NCBI GenBank assembly: GCA_025060395.1
Contig: JANXCC010000001.1
Location: forward strand, 42,538-106,537
DNA from: Candidatus Bipolaricaulota bacterium
GTDB taxonomy: Bacteria; Bipolaricaulota; Bipolaricaulia; RBG-16-55-9; DRXL01
Direction of reading: 5' to 3'
DNA: 64,000 nt
Part shown: positions 28,167-37,892 of the stretch, piece by piece
Numbering within the stretch: position 1 is the first letter of the stretch
Layout of the letters: each line of letters starts with the position of its first letter
The notes under the pieces: generated by a model
Databases searched by the model: none
Told to the model about the DNA's origin: nothing
What the model saw: only the letters and a program-made list of their open reading frames with translations
Program-made: the position numbers and the translations under genes

Positions 28167-30083
28167 ATGACGCACAAGTTCGCCTGGATTCCGCCAAAAG
28201 AGTACATCGAGCGCAGCAACATCTGGCGCTTTATGCAGAAGCACCGGGTCAAAGACTATCAGGAGCTTGTCCGGCGCTCCATTGACGAGCCCGAATGGTT
28301 CTGGGACGCCGTTGTCACAGATCTCCAGATCGAGTTCTTTAGCCCTTACACAAAAGTCTTAGATGTCTCCCAAGGGATTCCCTGGGCCAAATGGTTCGTC
28401 GGTGGGAAGATCAACATCGCCCATAATTGCGTCGAGAAGCACGCCCGTGCTCGCCCCAAGAAGATCGCGCTCATCTGGGAAGGGGAAGACGGCTCCGTCC
28501 GACATGTCACATACCAAGAGCTCGCCGAGCAGACGAATCGTATAGCTCATACGCTCAAGGAGATGAGCATAGCCAAAGGGGATCGAGTTGGGATCTTCAT
28601 GCCTATGATTCCGGAGACGGTCATGGCGCTGATGGCCTGTGCTAAGCTTGGGGCAATCTTCACTCCGATCTTCTCGGGCTTTGGCGCTCAGGCTGTGGCT
28701 GCTCGGCTGAACGACTGCGAAGCAAAGCTCTTGATAACTGCGGAAAGCTTCGCCCGCAAGGGCGCGCGGATCGAGATGGGGAAGATCGCTCGTGAAGCTG
28801 CTCAGCTCTGCCCCACAGTGAAAGATATACTCGTCTTTGAAGGCTCGAAGGTCCGCGTAGGAGCAGAGACTTATGAGCTTACGCACTTGCAAACCCGTGA
28901 ATTGCCCACGGAGCAGACAGATGCTGAAGACCCGTTTATGATTATCTATACGTCTGGGACGACCGGCCGCCCTAAGGGCGCTGTACACGTCCACGGAGGA
29001 TTTCTAGTCAAGATCGCTCAAGAAGTCGCCTACCAGGTCGATCTGCAAGAAGAAGATGTTCTCTACTGGGTGACGGACATGGGTTGGATCATGGGGCCGT
29101 GGGAGGTTGTAGGCGGACTTGCTCTGGGAGGCACTGTCTTTCTCTATGAAGGCGCGCCAGATTACCCTAGCGCTGACAGACTCTGGGCCATGGTCGAGCG
29201 CCATAGGATCTCGATCTTAGGGGTCTCGCCCACGCTCATTCGGGCTCTCATGAAGTTCGGTACGGACCCCGTCCGTAGCCATGATCTGTCGAGCTTAAGA
29301 ATCTTAGCTTCGACAGGGGAGCCGTGGAATCCCGATCCGTGGTGGTGGCTCTTCGAGCATGTGGGACAGAGACGATGCCCGATCATCAATCTCTCTGGAG
29401 GCACAGAAGTCGGGGCCTGTTTCTTATCACCTTTGCCGATTATGCCGCTCAAACCCTGCACGCTGGGGGGACCGGCGCTGGGGATGGATATTGACGTCTT
29501 CGATGCTGAAGGCAGGCCGCTGCGCGGCGGGGTGGGGGAGTTAGTCTGTAAAAAGCCCTGGCCAGGGATGACCCGCGGCATCTGGAAAGACCCGGAGAGA
29601 TACCTACAGACCTACTGGTCGCGCTGGCCGAATATCTGGGTACATGGGGACTGGGCGTCCATAGATGAAGACGGCTTCTGGTACCTACATGGGCGCAGTG
29701 ATGACACTATTAAGATTGCGGGCAAGCGTCTAGGTCCGGCGGAGATCGAGTCTATTCTGGTGAGCCATCCCGCGGTGGCAGAGTCAGCAGCCATCGGAGC
29801 GCCGCACGAGCTGAAAGGCGAGGCGATTTGGTGCTACGTCGTCTTAAGGCCGGGGTATGAGCCCAGCGACGCGTTGCGAAGAGAGCTGCGCGAGCGAGTC
29901 ATAGAAGCCCTAGGGAAGTCGTTTGCGCCGGAGCAGATCAAGTTTGTCGGGGAGCTGCCCAAGACGCGCAACGCGAAGATCTTGCGTCGTGCGATTCGGG
30001 CCGTAGCGCTGGGGCAAGAGCCGGGAGATCTATCGAATTTGGAAAACCCGCAAGCACTCGAAGAGATTGCCCGGGCAAGGTAG
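28167..30083 (+). CDS. acetate--CoA ligase family AMP-forming synthetase
   Basis: YTSGTTGRPKG, GRSDDTIKIAGKRLG, LPKTRNAKILRR; substrate uncertain. Confidence 0.88.
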   Translation: MTHKFAWIPPKEYIERSNIWRFMQKHRVKDYQELVRRSIDEPEWFWDAVVTDLQIEFFSPYTKVLDVSQGIPWAKWFVGGKINIAHNCVEKHARARPKKIALIWEGEDGSVRHVTYQELAEQTNRIAHTLKEMSIAKGDRVGIFMPMIPETVMALMACAKLGAIFTPIFSGFGAQAVAARLNDCEAKLLITAESFARKGARIEMGKIAREAAQLCPTVKDILVFEGSKVRVGAETYELTHLQTRELPTEQTDAEDPFMIIYTSGTTGRPKGAVHVHGGFLVKIAQEVAYQVDLQEEDVLYWVTDMGWIMGPWEVVGGLALGGTVFLYEGAPDYPSADRLWAMVERHRISILGVSPTLIRALMKFGTDPVRSHDLSSLRILASTGEPWNPDPWWWLFEHVGQRRCPIINLSGGTEVGACFLSPLPIMPLKPCTLGGPALGMDIDVFDAEGRPLRGGVGELVCKKPWPGMTRGIWKDPERYLQTYWSRWPNIWVHGDWASIDEDGFWYLHGRSDDTIKIAGKRLGPAEIESILVSHPAVAESAAIGAPHELKGEAIWCYVVLRPGYEPSDALRRELRERVIEALGKSFAPEQIKFVGELPKTRNAKILRRAIRAVALGQEPGDLSNLENPQALEEIARAR

Positions 30084-30162
30084 CCTCGATAAGTCATATT
30101 TGAAAAGGCCGGCCTGCATACGTATAATCAACTATTATACACTTGAAGCCCGAGGAGGTTTG

Positions 30163-30585
30163 ATGAGCACGAAACGCTTTGTGCTACTTTTGATTCCGGC
30201 CCTGGCTCTCGTCCTCGCAGGATGTCCGAAGATTATCTCAGGGGTCAATATTCGCATTGAAGAGATCGATGCGAGCTGTCGGGGAGCTCAGTTTGCGGCC
30301 CTGGCCTTTCAAAACGATGCAGCCATTGGCCGATTCGAGATGCGTGTGACGCATAAGCTCCAAGCGGAGTTCATCATCCCCGAAGGGGTCGCCCAGCGCA
30401 TCGACTTCAACCAGCCTGTCTACCTACGTATCTATATGGTTGGCGGGGATGCTTTTGAGTGCGTTATCGCTGGCAAGGTCTTAAGCTTCCGGGGTGTGCT
30501 CAAGCGCCATGGCACCGACCCGCGCACAGGCAATCCCGTCTACGTGCTGAAATTCTACGAAGACTTTAAGATCGAGCACCGGTAA
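30163..30585 (+). CDS. hypothetical lipoprotein
   Basis: SD GAGGAGG; lipobox LAGC after a hydrophobic leader. Confidence 0.7.
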   Translation: MSTKRFVLLLIPALALVLAGCPKIISGVNIRIEEIDASCRGAQFAALAFQNDAAIGRFEMRVTHKLQAEFIIPEGVAQRIDFNQPVYLRIYMVGGDAFECVIAGKVLSFRGVLKRHGTDPRTGNPVYVLKFYEDFKIEHR

Positions 30586-30631
30586 CTCTGCTTATCCAGT
30601 CTTTCTCAGTGATATACACTACATTCATCTC

Positions 30632-30661
30632 TTGACATCGTTCTCATTTTTACACTATAAT
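30632..30661 (+). promoter_or_regulatory. promoter of the pilus-like operon
   Basis: TTGACA-18nt-TATAAT. Confidence 0.75.
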
Positions 30662-30698
30662 ATGTCTGCTGTAAAAAGCTCGATAAAAGGAGGTAGTG

Positions 30699-31223
30699 AT
30701 GCATCCCGCAAGATCAATAGCAATTGTCTTGCTCGCTTTGGCAATAGGGTGGGCCAGCGGTCTTTCTCAGACCTCGCAAACCGTCACGGTTACCGTCAAT
30801 CAGTCGCTCTATTTGGACTGCTCTGCTGCCGTAGCGATCAATTATACCGTTACCCAAACCGACATCGAAGGGCCTCAGCCGTTCACTATCGGGACATGGG
30901 GTTGTAACGTCGATTCGCTGACAAACTTCGAACTCAGTGCCAATATGACCATGACCTCTACCGCTGACATTGTCAACGCGAGCGCGGACGACTTCTCCGC
31001 AACATGCACCTCAGCAAGCGGTGGTGGCAGCCCTAGCTGCGGCCCGGGGGGCACGTTCGGGCCGATCACCCTAGGTAGCGGTGGCAACACCGCCGGAACC
31101 CCAGGCGCTGACTTCAGTGGAAACGTCCGACTCAACGTAAGCGACTGGGATGTCCGAGCTATCCCGCCCAGCCGCAGCGTCAGCGGAGTGATTAACTACT
31201 CAGTCACGGACTCAACGCCATAG
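30699..31223 (+). CDS. secreted pilin-like subunit 1
   Basis: Signal peptide; QTVTVTVNQSLYLDC...NTAGTPGADF...GVINYSVTDSTP; 4 Cys. Confidence 0.65.
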   Translation: MHPARSIAIVLLALAIGWASGLSQTSQTVTVTVNQSLYLDCSAAVAINYTVTQTDIEGPQPFTIGTWGCNVDSLTNFELSANMTMTSTADIVNASADDFSATCTSASGGGSPSCGPGGTFGPITLGSGGNTAGTPGADFSGNVRLNVSDWDVRAIPPSRSVSGVINYSVTDSTP

Positions 31224-31258
31224 CAGACGACAAAAATTTGGCAAAGGAGGCCTGCATC

Positions 31259-31813
31259 ATGATCAGAAAGCTGCTCGTCGCGGCGCTTGGTGGAGTATTG
31301 GGGCTCTCCCTCTCAGCGGGGCTTGTCGCTCAACAAAACGTCACAATCGAGATTGGACAGTCGCTCTACTTGGACTGTGTGCCGCCGGATCAGCCTGGAG
31401 ATATTTATTACGTCGTCTTGCAGAGCGATATTGAAGCGCCACAGCCCATTGATATCGGCGACTGGGGCTGTAATGTCGATGCCGTAACGCAGTATAGACT
31501 TAACTCTCAGTTCACGTCGTTCTCTGCGCCCTTTGTCGTCAACGCTGATACCTCAGACTTCACCGCTGACTGCGATACAGCTGACGACTATGGGGTGTGC
31601 GCGCCCAACTCGTCTCTGACCCTTGGGGACGTCGACCCCAACACGCGGCGCGGCATAGGCTACAACACCGCTGGGACAAACGGGGCAGACTTTGCTGGGG
31701 ATGTCTTCGTGAACATGGGGGTTGGCCCTGGGGGCTGGGACGTCATGTCTTCGCAGCTCCCGGTCTACGTGACCGGAATCATTACCTACACAGTGACGGA
31801 TACTACTCCCTAG
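31259..31813 (+). CDS. secreted pilin-like subunit 2
   Basis: Paralog: QSLYLDC, DWGCNVD, NTAGTNGADF, GIITYTVTDTTP. Confidence 0.65.
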   Translation: MIRKLLVAALGGVLGLSLSAGLVAQQNVTIEIGQSLYLDCVPPDQPGDIYYVVLQSDIEAPQPIDIGDWGCNVDAVTQYRLNSQFTSFSAPFVVNADTSDFTADCDTADDYGVCAPNSSLTLGDVDPNTRRGIGYNTAGTNGADFAGDVFVNMGVGPGGWDVMSSQLPVYVTGIITYTVTDTTP

Positions 31814-31853
31814 CTCGCGGCCTTTCGCTATTATTTGGGGATGGGAGAGCTCT

Positions 31854-32381
31854 ATGAAGAAAAGGGCGAAGGCCGCTGGAGCTATGGCGCTAGTGATAGC
31901 CTTGCTCGGCTGGGGGAGCCTAGCCCAGACGAGCCAGAACGTGCGCGTGACGCTCGTCATCCCTCAGCCGCTCTTTATTGCCGCCGTGATCCCCTCTATC
32001 ACGGCAGAGATCACCTTGCGAGAGGTCGAAGGGCCACAGCCGTTCAAGATCGGCGACTGGCACGTCAATATCGACGCGCTCACGCCGTATAGACTCAATT
32101 CGTCGATCGTGACTATAGATACGAATATCTTCGACGCTGGCCCAGAGGACTTTCTCACCGACTGTGATTTTGCCGATGACTTCGGCGAGTGTACCGATAG
32201 GACTTCGCTGTCGGAGCCCGATCCCCAGAATCGTCGCGGCTCCGGACAGAACACCGCAGGCTTAGATGGTGCAGACTTTATGGGCGAGATCTTCTTAGAT
32301 ATTCGATCCTGGGATGTCAGCAAACTGCCAGGATTTTATATCGGCGTCATTCTCTTCACGACAACGGACATAACTCCGTAG
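31854..32381 (+). CDS. secreted pilin-like subunit 3
   Basis: Paralog: EGPQPF, DWHVNID, NTAGLDGADF, GVILFTTTDITP. Confidence 0.65.
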   Translation: MKKRAKAAGAMALVIALLGWGSLAQTSQNVRVTLVIPQPLFIAAVIPSITAEITLREVEGPQPFKIGDWHVNIDALTPYRLNSSIVTIDTNIFDAGPEDFLTDCDFADDFGECTDRTSLSEPDPQNRRGSGQNTAGLDGADFMGEIFLDIRSWDVSKLPGFYIGVILFTTTDITP

Positions 32382-32390
32382 GAGACAACG

Positions 32391-33323
32391 ATGAACCTCT
32401 TCCGAGCTATAGGGACTCTTGTCCTAGCTGTCACACTCGGGAGTCTATTAGTGCAAGCCGTCTCCCAAGGGCCAAACTATGCTAGCACGTATGCAGCCAC
32501 AGGGTGGTCTAACGCCAGCGCTGCTGTAGGAACTCCAGACAACACATGTGCCGAACGCACTGGAGCTGGCGGCGGCTCTCTCGATCTGACGGGCTTTGGT
32601 TTCACCATCCCCGATGCAGCCGTCATCCAGGGCATCACGGTGGAAGTCGACATGGCCGCGACCACGTCAAATGAAGGGGTCCGCGTGCGCTTGCTCAAGG
32701 GCGGGTCTCCCGTGGGCAATACCCAAGATATCTACGGCATCGCGGGGCAGACCGGCTGTAGCACAAGCGCTTTCCGTACTGTAGGCGGCCCTACAGATCT
32801 GTGGGGGACTTCATGGACTGCTGCTGATATCAATAGTGCGAACTTCGGGGTGCGCTTGTCCAAGCTCGGCTCTACAAACACTGCGTATGTTGACGCCGTG
32901 CGCATCACCATCGAATACCAAGACGTGATGACTGTCTCGGTGATCTCTGGTACAGCGCTCTCGGCCAACGTCACGAGCGCTTCCCAAGTTGAGAACGGCA
33001 TCGTGCCGTTCATCGGCCAGACAACGCTCCAAGTCGTCGCGACGCGCAACTGGCGCGTCTGCGCCAAGGTCAATGCTTATAGCTATCCCCCTGGCGCCGA
33101 TGATCCCACTGCTAATGCTCTGCAGATCAGAGATTATCTAGGCAATTGGCAACCTGGCGGCTCAAGCGTCGTCGTCGGCCAGGGGGCTCCTACGCCCGCC
33201 GGAGGCATCACCGTGACTGTCGATCAACGTGTACTCTTAGCAAGCTTTGGCGACGGCAAGATCGGTCCATATCAGTTTAATCTTGATTACTCGATCGACG
33301 GCCAAGGCGTGCCCTGTCCGTAA
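32391..33323 (+). CDS. secreted two-domain protein, putative tip adhesin
   Basis: Signal peptide; N-terminal beta domain (GFGFTIP...GGPTDLWGTSWT) plus C-terminal pilin-sized beta domain ending GPYQFNLDYS. Confidence 0.55.
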   Translation: MNLFRAIGTLVLAVTLGSLLVQAVSQGPNYASTYAATGWSNASAAVGTPDNTCAERTGAGGGSLDLTGFGFTIPDAAVIQGITVEVDMAATTSNEGVRVRLLKGGSPVGNTQDIYGIAGQTGCSTSAFRTVGGPTDLWGTSWTAADINSANFGVRLSKLGSTNTAYVDAVRITIEYQDVMTVSVISGTALSANVTSASQVENGIVPFIGQTTLQVVATRNWRVCAKVNAYSYPPGADDPTANALQIRDYLGNWQPGGSSVVVGQGAPTPAGGITVTVDQRVLLASFGDGKIGPYQFNLDYSIDGQGVPCP

Positions 33324-33333
33324 AGGAGCGTGA

Positions 33334-34149
33334 GTGTTCATGCGAAAGATTCTCTTGAGTTTCGTGCTCATAGTAGCAAGCGGGCTGCTGGCGCAAGGCC
33401 AGATTGGGATCTCTACGCTCAGTATAGATATAAATCTGCCCCCTGGCGGGAGCTTCACCGGCGGGTTTGAAGTCATCAACAACAGCAATCAGCCACGCGA
33501 GTTTACCGTCGAACTCAAAGACTATGATAGAAATATCGAGGGTGGCTTGGTTTTGCTGAACTCTGGGACGCATCCGCGCTCGCTCGCCAAGTTCTTATCG
33601 TTTACGCCGGCGCGGTTTACGCTGGCACCCAAGCAGAAACAAGTCATCACATTTAAGGTCGAGATTCCCACAACGGAGCGCGGGCCACACTGGGCAGCTC
33701 TGGCTATAACCAGCCCGGCACCATCGTCGGGCGCGCAGCCGCCGCCCCCAGCCGGACAGCAGCCGTCTATCCCAGTCACCATCGGGACAGCCGAACAGTT
33801 TATCGTCAAGATTCGGCACACCGATCCAACGAACGCTGTCAATCGCGGACGGATTCTCAGCGTCCAAGCACTGCTGCCAGAGCGCGATAAACCCTTGCGC
33901 ATCGTCGTCGAGTACGAGAACACCGGAACGACGTTCCAAGTCGTCAAGACTCAGCTGCGCATCGTGAACGCCAAGGGCGAGGTCGTGGTCCAGAAGAAGG
34001 GGGAGGATATGGCCGTGCTCCCTGGCGGTAAGCAACGGCTAGAAATCCCCGTGACGGAAAGACTGGCGCCGGGAACGTACTTAGCGCTCGTCATCATTGA
34101 CTTTGGCGGTGATGTCTTGGTTGCCGGGCAAGTGCGGTTCAAGCTCTAA
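33334..34149 (+). CDS. putative pilus assembly chaperone (PapD-like, two Ig domains)
   Basis: Signal peptide; VINNS...FTPARFTLAPKQKQ, YENTGTT, VLPGGKQ, PGTYLALVIIDFG. Confidence 0.6.
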   Translation: MFMRKILLSFVLIVASGLLAQGQIGISTLSIDINLPPGGSFTGGFEVINNSNQPREFTVELKDYDRNIEGGLVLLNSGTHPRSLAKFLSFTPARFTLAPKQKQVITFKVEIPTTERGPHWAALAITSPAPSSGAQPPPPAGQQPSIPVTIGTAEQFIVKIRHTDPTNAVNRGRILSVQALLPERDKPLRIVVEYENTGTTFQVVKTQLRIVNAKGEVVVQKKGEDMAVLPGGKQRLEIPVTERLAPGTYLALVIIDFGGDVLVAGQVRFKL

Positions 34150-34169
34150 AAGCAGCGAGGGAAGGTAAT

Positions 34170-37100
34170 ATGATACGCGGAGCGTGTACGGGGCTTACAC
34201 TTGCGGTTCTGAGTGTTTTGATAGCTCTTGCTCAAGGGCAACCCCTGGAGCTGATCGCGCCGCCGACACGCTCGGCTCTACCTGGAGATATCATCACTCT
34301 CACCTTTGTGGCGATCAACCGCGGGACGACCTCAGATACATATCTATTCTCGGTTGAAGCCCCGCGAGGTTTCCAGATCCTTGGGGCTTTGCCTCCCATC
34401 ACGATCGCCCCTGGCACCCAGGAGCCGGTCTTCGTCACGCTGCTTATTGCCCAAGAGACGCCCGCGGGAACGTACACAATTGGGCTCGAAGCTGTTTCTC
34501 AAAGCGATCCGGCAATCCGAGCACGTGCTCAGACAGCGATCACGGTTGAGAAGACCACAGGGGTCATCGTGCGCGCTCCCGCTTCTCAAGAAGTCGATCC
34601 CGGCGCCGAAGTGATTCTGACGTTCAGCGTGACCAATCGGGGCAACGTCATAGACGCTTTTCGCCTGGACGCGTTCACGCCGCGAGGCTTTCTCACCGTT
34701 GTTGAGCCAAGACTTGTCGAGTTGCTCCCCGGTGAGACCCGCTCGGTTCTCGTTACTGTCAGGATCCCTCAAGATGCCTCGCCGGGATTTGAGCCGGTCA
34801 CACTCACAGCGATTTCATTGCGCCATGAAGGAATTCAAGCTTATGGAGCCGCGACGCTCATCATTCTGCCTCCAGAGGCTGCTAAGGTCCCTACAGCACT
34901 CTATTTGCTTGCCCCAGCAGAGTTCTCTGTAGGAGCGAACGCTTCCTTGAGCAGCGGTGCCCTGAGCTCTCTCATCTCGTTTCTCACCTATACGACGCTG
35001 CCAGAAGAGCAACGCTTCAGCCTAAAGATCACGGTCTCGGATATCGTGCGATCCCAGATCCCTTCGGGGTTACCTATCAGTGTGAAGGAGTTTCTCTTTA
35101 CATCCCAACGCGAGACGTTCTTTGCCCAGCTGGGCGATCTCCCGCAATCGCCCCTCATCTATAATCTGTTACCGCGTCGTGGCGTCGAGGTGGGGTTTAC
35201 AGATCTCTTCTCGCTCGTGGCGACGTTTGAAGATCACGATGGGGACTTCTTCCAAGAACAACGTGCCATGGCTTTGAACTTCAATGGGGCGAGCGTCCGA
35301 GCGTCGCTAGCGCGGCTGAGCGTCTCCGGGGCTACCCCATATGTGCTGACAGCAGCCAACTTCCGGAGCGGCGTGCTCTCCGTCGAGGGAGCTGTCGCCG
35401 AAGTGAGCGCAGGCCTACGGCGCATGGTCTTCCTGCGCGCGGCGCCGTCGTTCTTTGGGGTAACGCTTGGGGGAGAGTACCTGCGCGTTGAGCCGGATTT
35501 CCCAAGTCTCATCAGCGTTCCTGCGGTCATAGCTGACACTCAAATCTGGACGCTCTTTGGCAACGGGAGCATCGGGGCACTAGGGGTGAACGTGCTCGTC
35601 TCGGGCAAGAGAACTGATCTCTTCAACGATCCCGCTGTGCAAGAGATCACTGCCATAACATCCCAGGGACGCCTGGTCGTACGAAGCTTTCTGCCAGGGT
35701 GGCCTAGTGTGTTCTTCGATATCAAATTCATCTCGCGACGCAGCAACGATCCGCCGTTCCCTTCCATCAGCACTGACGAAGATATCAAATCTCTCACAAT
35801 CGCCGACATTGCCAGCCCAGTTAGCTATATTTTGACATTCCAAAGCAATCTCTTTCGGGATAATCTCGCCCCCGCCAATAACACCGATACGTTTGAACTC
35901 ATCAGTGTGCTCATCACTCGTCCGTTGTTGGGCGTTGAAGGGCTCTCCCTCAACTTAAGCGTGAAGAGCACCTTCCAAGTCGCCCCCACTACGAACACGA
36001 TACTTGATCACCAAGTAGCGTTCATCGGGCGGATAGCGTTCACGACCGCGCGCGTCTCCGCGTTCTTGTTATTAGGGGTCAATAGCAATCTACTCTACCC
36101 GTTCTTGTCGAGTTACTTTGGCTCGTTCAGCGCGACGCTCTTTGGGCCGGTGAGCACCTCATTCGGCTTTGCATTCACGGAGCCGTCCTCGTTGAGCTTT
36201 AATATTGAGATACGCACGAAGTTTGCAATGCCCTTTGAGTCTGTGATAATTAAAGGTCGCGTCGAGGGCTATCTGTATATAGACATCAATAATAACGGCC
36301 AACACGACCCCGGCGAGCCCGGCGTCACAGACGCCCTCTTGCGCTTAGACAATCAGTTGGCCCGCACTGACGCCCAAGGATACTTCCGGTTCCCGCCTGT
36401 TGATCCTGGTTCTTATAAAGTCGAGATCGCACGGGCCCCCTTGGGATTAGTAACTACTGTTCCCACTCCGATCCCAGTCACTGTAGCTATCGGACAGATC
36501 GTTACCCTGGAGATCCCTATGCGCTCGGTGGGTATTATCCGCGGCCGAGTCTTCGACGACAAGAACCGCAACGGCAAGCCCGATCCCGACGAGCGCGGCT
36601 TAGCCAACGTACGGGTCTTTGCCATCGGCACGACAAGCGCTGAGGTTCGCTCCAGCGCCGATGGCCAATATCTCCTCCAAGTCTCGCCGGGAGATTACAC
36701 GGTGACAGTCGATCGCACAACACTGCCTAAGCGCTATGAGCTCACGACGCCGCCCAGCGTAACTGTCACGGTACAGACGGGCCAGACCGTCACTGTAGAC
36801 TTTGGAGCCTATGAAGTCCCCCGCCCAGTGCTCTTCGCACCGATAGCCGACTTCACGTTCACGCCCGCGCAACCAAGAGTCGGCGAGCGCGTTATCTTTG
36901 ACGCTTCAGCGTCGACGGACAGCGACGGCCAGATCGTCCGATACGAGTGGGACTTCACCGGCGATGGCACGGTCGACGCCATGGGTAAGATCGTCGAGTG
37001 GGTCTTCACAAGCGCCGGAGATTTTCCTGTCAAGCTCACCGTCACGGACAACGACACGCTGCAGAACTCTATCACTAAGATCGTACCCGTGCGGCCATGA
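34170..37100 (+). CDS. large exported protein: NEW3-like Ig x2, beta-rich core, SdrD-B-like x2, PKD; putative usher/assembly platform
   Basis: NRGTTSDTY and TNRGNVIDAF Ig repeats; long amphipathic beta-strand region; YIDINNNGQHDPGEPG and FDDKNRNGKPDPDERG; PKD YEWDFTGDG. Confidence 0.6.
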   Translation: MIRGACTGLTLAVLSVLIALAQGQPLELIAPPTRSALPGDIITLTFVAINRGTTSDTYLFSVEAPRGFQILGALPPITIAPGTQEPVFVTLLIAQETPAGTYTIGLEAVSQSDPAIRARAQTAITVEKTTGVIVRAPASQEVDPGAEVILTFSVTNRGNVIDAFRLDAFTPRGFLTVVEPRLVELLPGETRSVLVTVRIPQDASPGFEPVTLTAISLRHEGIQAYGAATLIILPPEAAKVPTALYLLAPAEFSVGANASLSSGALSSLISFLTYTTLPEEQRFSLKITVSDIVRSQIPSGLPISVKEFLFTSQRETFFAQLGDLPQSPLIYNLLPRRGVEVGFTDLFSLVATFEDHDGDFFQEQRAMALNFNGASVRASLARLSVSGATPYVLTAANFRSGVLSVEGAVAEVSAGLRRMVFLRAAPSFFGVTLGGEYLRVEPDFPSLISVPAVIADTQIWTLFGNGSIGALGVNVLVSGKRTDLFNDPAVQEITAITSQGRLVVRSFLPGWPSVFFDIKFISRRSNDPPFPSISTDEDIKSLTIADIASPVSYILTFQSNLFRDNLAPANNTDTFELISVLITRPLLGVEGLSLNLSVKSTFQVAPTTNTILDHQVAFIGRIAFTTARVSAFLLLGVNSNLLYPFLSSYFGSFSATLFGPVSTSFGFAFTEPSSLSFNIEIRTKFAMPFESVIIKGRVEGYLYIDINNNGQHDPGEPGVTDALLRLDNQLARTDAQGYFRFPPVDPGSYKVEIARAPLGLVTTVPTPIPVTVAIGQIVTLEIPMRSVGIIRGRVFDDKNRNGKPDPDERGLANVRVFAIGTTSAEVRSSADGQYLLQVSPGDYTVTVDRTTLPKRYELTTPPSVTVTVQTGQTVTVDFGAYEVPRPVLFAPIADFTFTPAQPRVGERVIFDASASTDSDGQIVRYEWDFTGDGTVDAMGKIVEWVFTSAGDFPVKLTVTDNDTLQNSITKIVPVRP

Positions 37101-37822
37101 GGAAGGGCGTGCTCGTCGCACTTGGCGTGCTCGTTGGTGTCCTTGGAGCTTGGTGGATCTGGCAAAGATCTTCCTTCCAACACGAAGAGAGTTCAGGCCC
37201 CCTGAGGGTCTTCCCGACAAAGATCAGAGTAGATGGTAACCCCGATGATTTTGTGACTCTTGTCTTTATGCTACACAATCTCAGCGATCAAGAGCACTCT
37301 TATGAGCTACGCGCGGAAGTGCCTCCAGGATGGCAACTGCTTGAGGCACTCCGGGCTATCGCCGTTAGTCCTCAAGCCCAACACGAGGTCTTTTTCACCG
37401 TGCAGATCCCGCCGGGGACACCGCCCGGTCGCTATACCCTTGGCCTCTATGCTGCTAGCGGGGTGGACTTCGCTGTCGGAAGGGCGCAGGTTATCGTGAG
37501 GGCCCGCGAACGACTCAAGCTCTCACTTGCTTCGGCAGATTTACTCGTCCGTCCTAGCGAAGAGAAATCGATCACCTTGACAGTGACCAACCGAGGGAAT
37601 ATTCCAGCTCGAGCGACAGTAGCGGTGGCGACAGCCCCTCTCGGGTGGCAGTTTCAGCTGCAAGAGAGTGCTCTGACCCTCGCTCCACGTGAGAGCAAGA
37701 CCGTAGAGCTGAGGGTCAAACCCTTGCCCGGAGTAGAGCTAGCGCCAGGACGATTCACCGTGCAGGCGATCTCTCCCTCAGCACGCGATGAGCTCTCAGT
37801 GACCGTTGTCCTTGTGCCGTAG
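37097..37822 (+). CDS. membrane-anchored protein with two NEW3-like Ig domains
   Basis: N-terminal TM helix; PPGW, VTNRGN, PLGW; start overlaps the upstream stop (ATGA). Confidence 0.65.
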   Translation: MRKGVLVALGVLVGVLGAWWIWQRSSFQHEESSGPLRVFPTKIRVDGNPDDFVTLVFMLHNLSDQEHSYELRAEVPPGWQLLEALRAIAVSPQAQHEVFFTVQIPPGTPPGRYTLGLYAASGVDFAVGRAQVIVRARERLKLSLASADLLVRPSEEKSITLTVTNRGNIPARATVAVATAPLGWQFQLQESALTLAPRESKTVELRVKPLPGVELAPGRFTVQAISPSARDELSVTVVLVP

Positions 37823-37892
37823 CCCTCCGTTGAATATCGCTCATGAAAGTGCTAGAATGAAGCCGAGAGCACGGTGACGAGGAGGATGTAGG

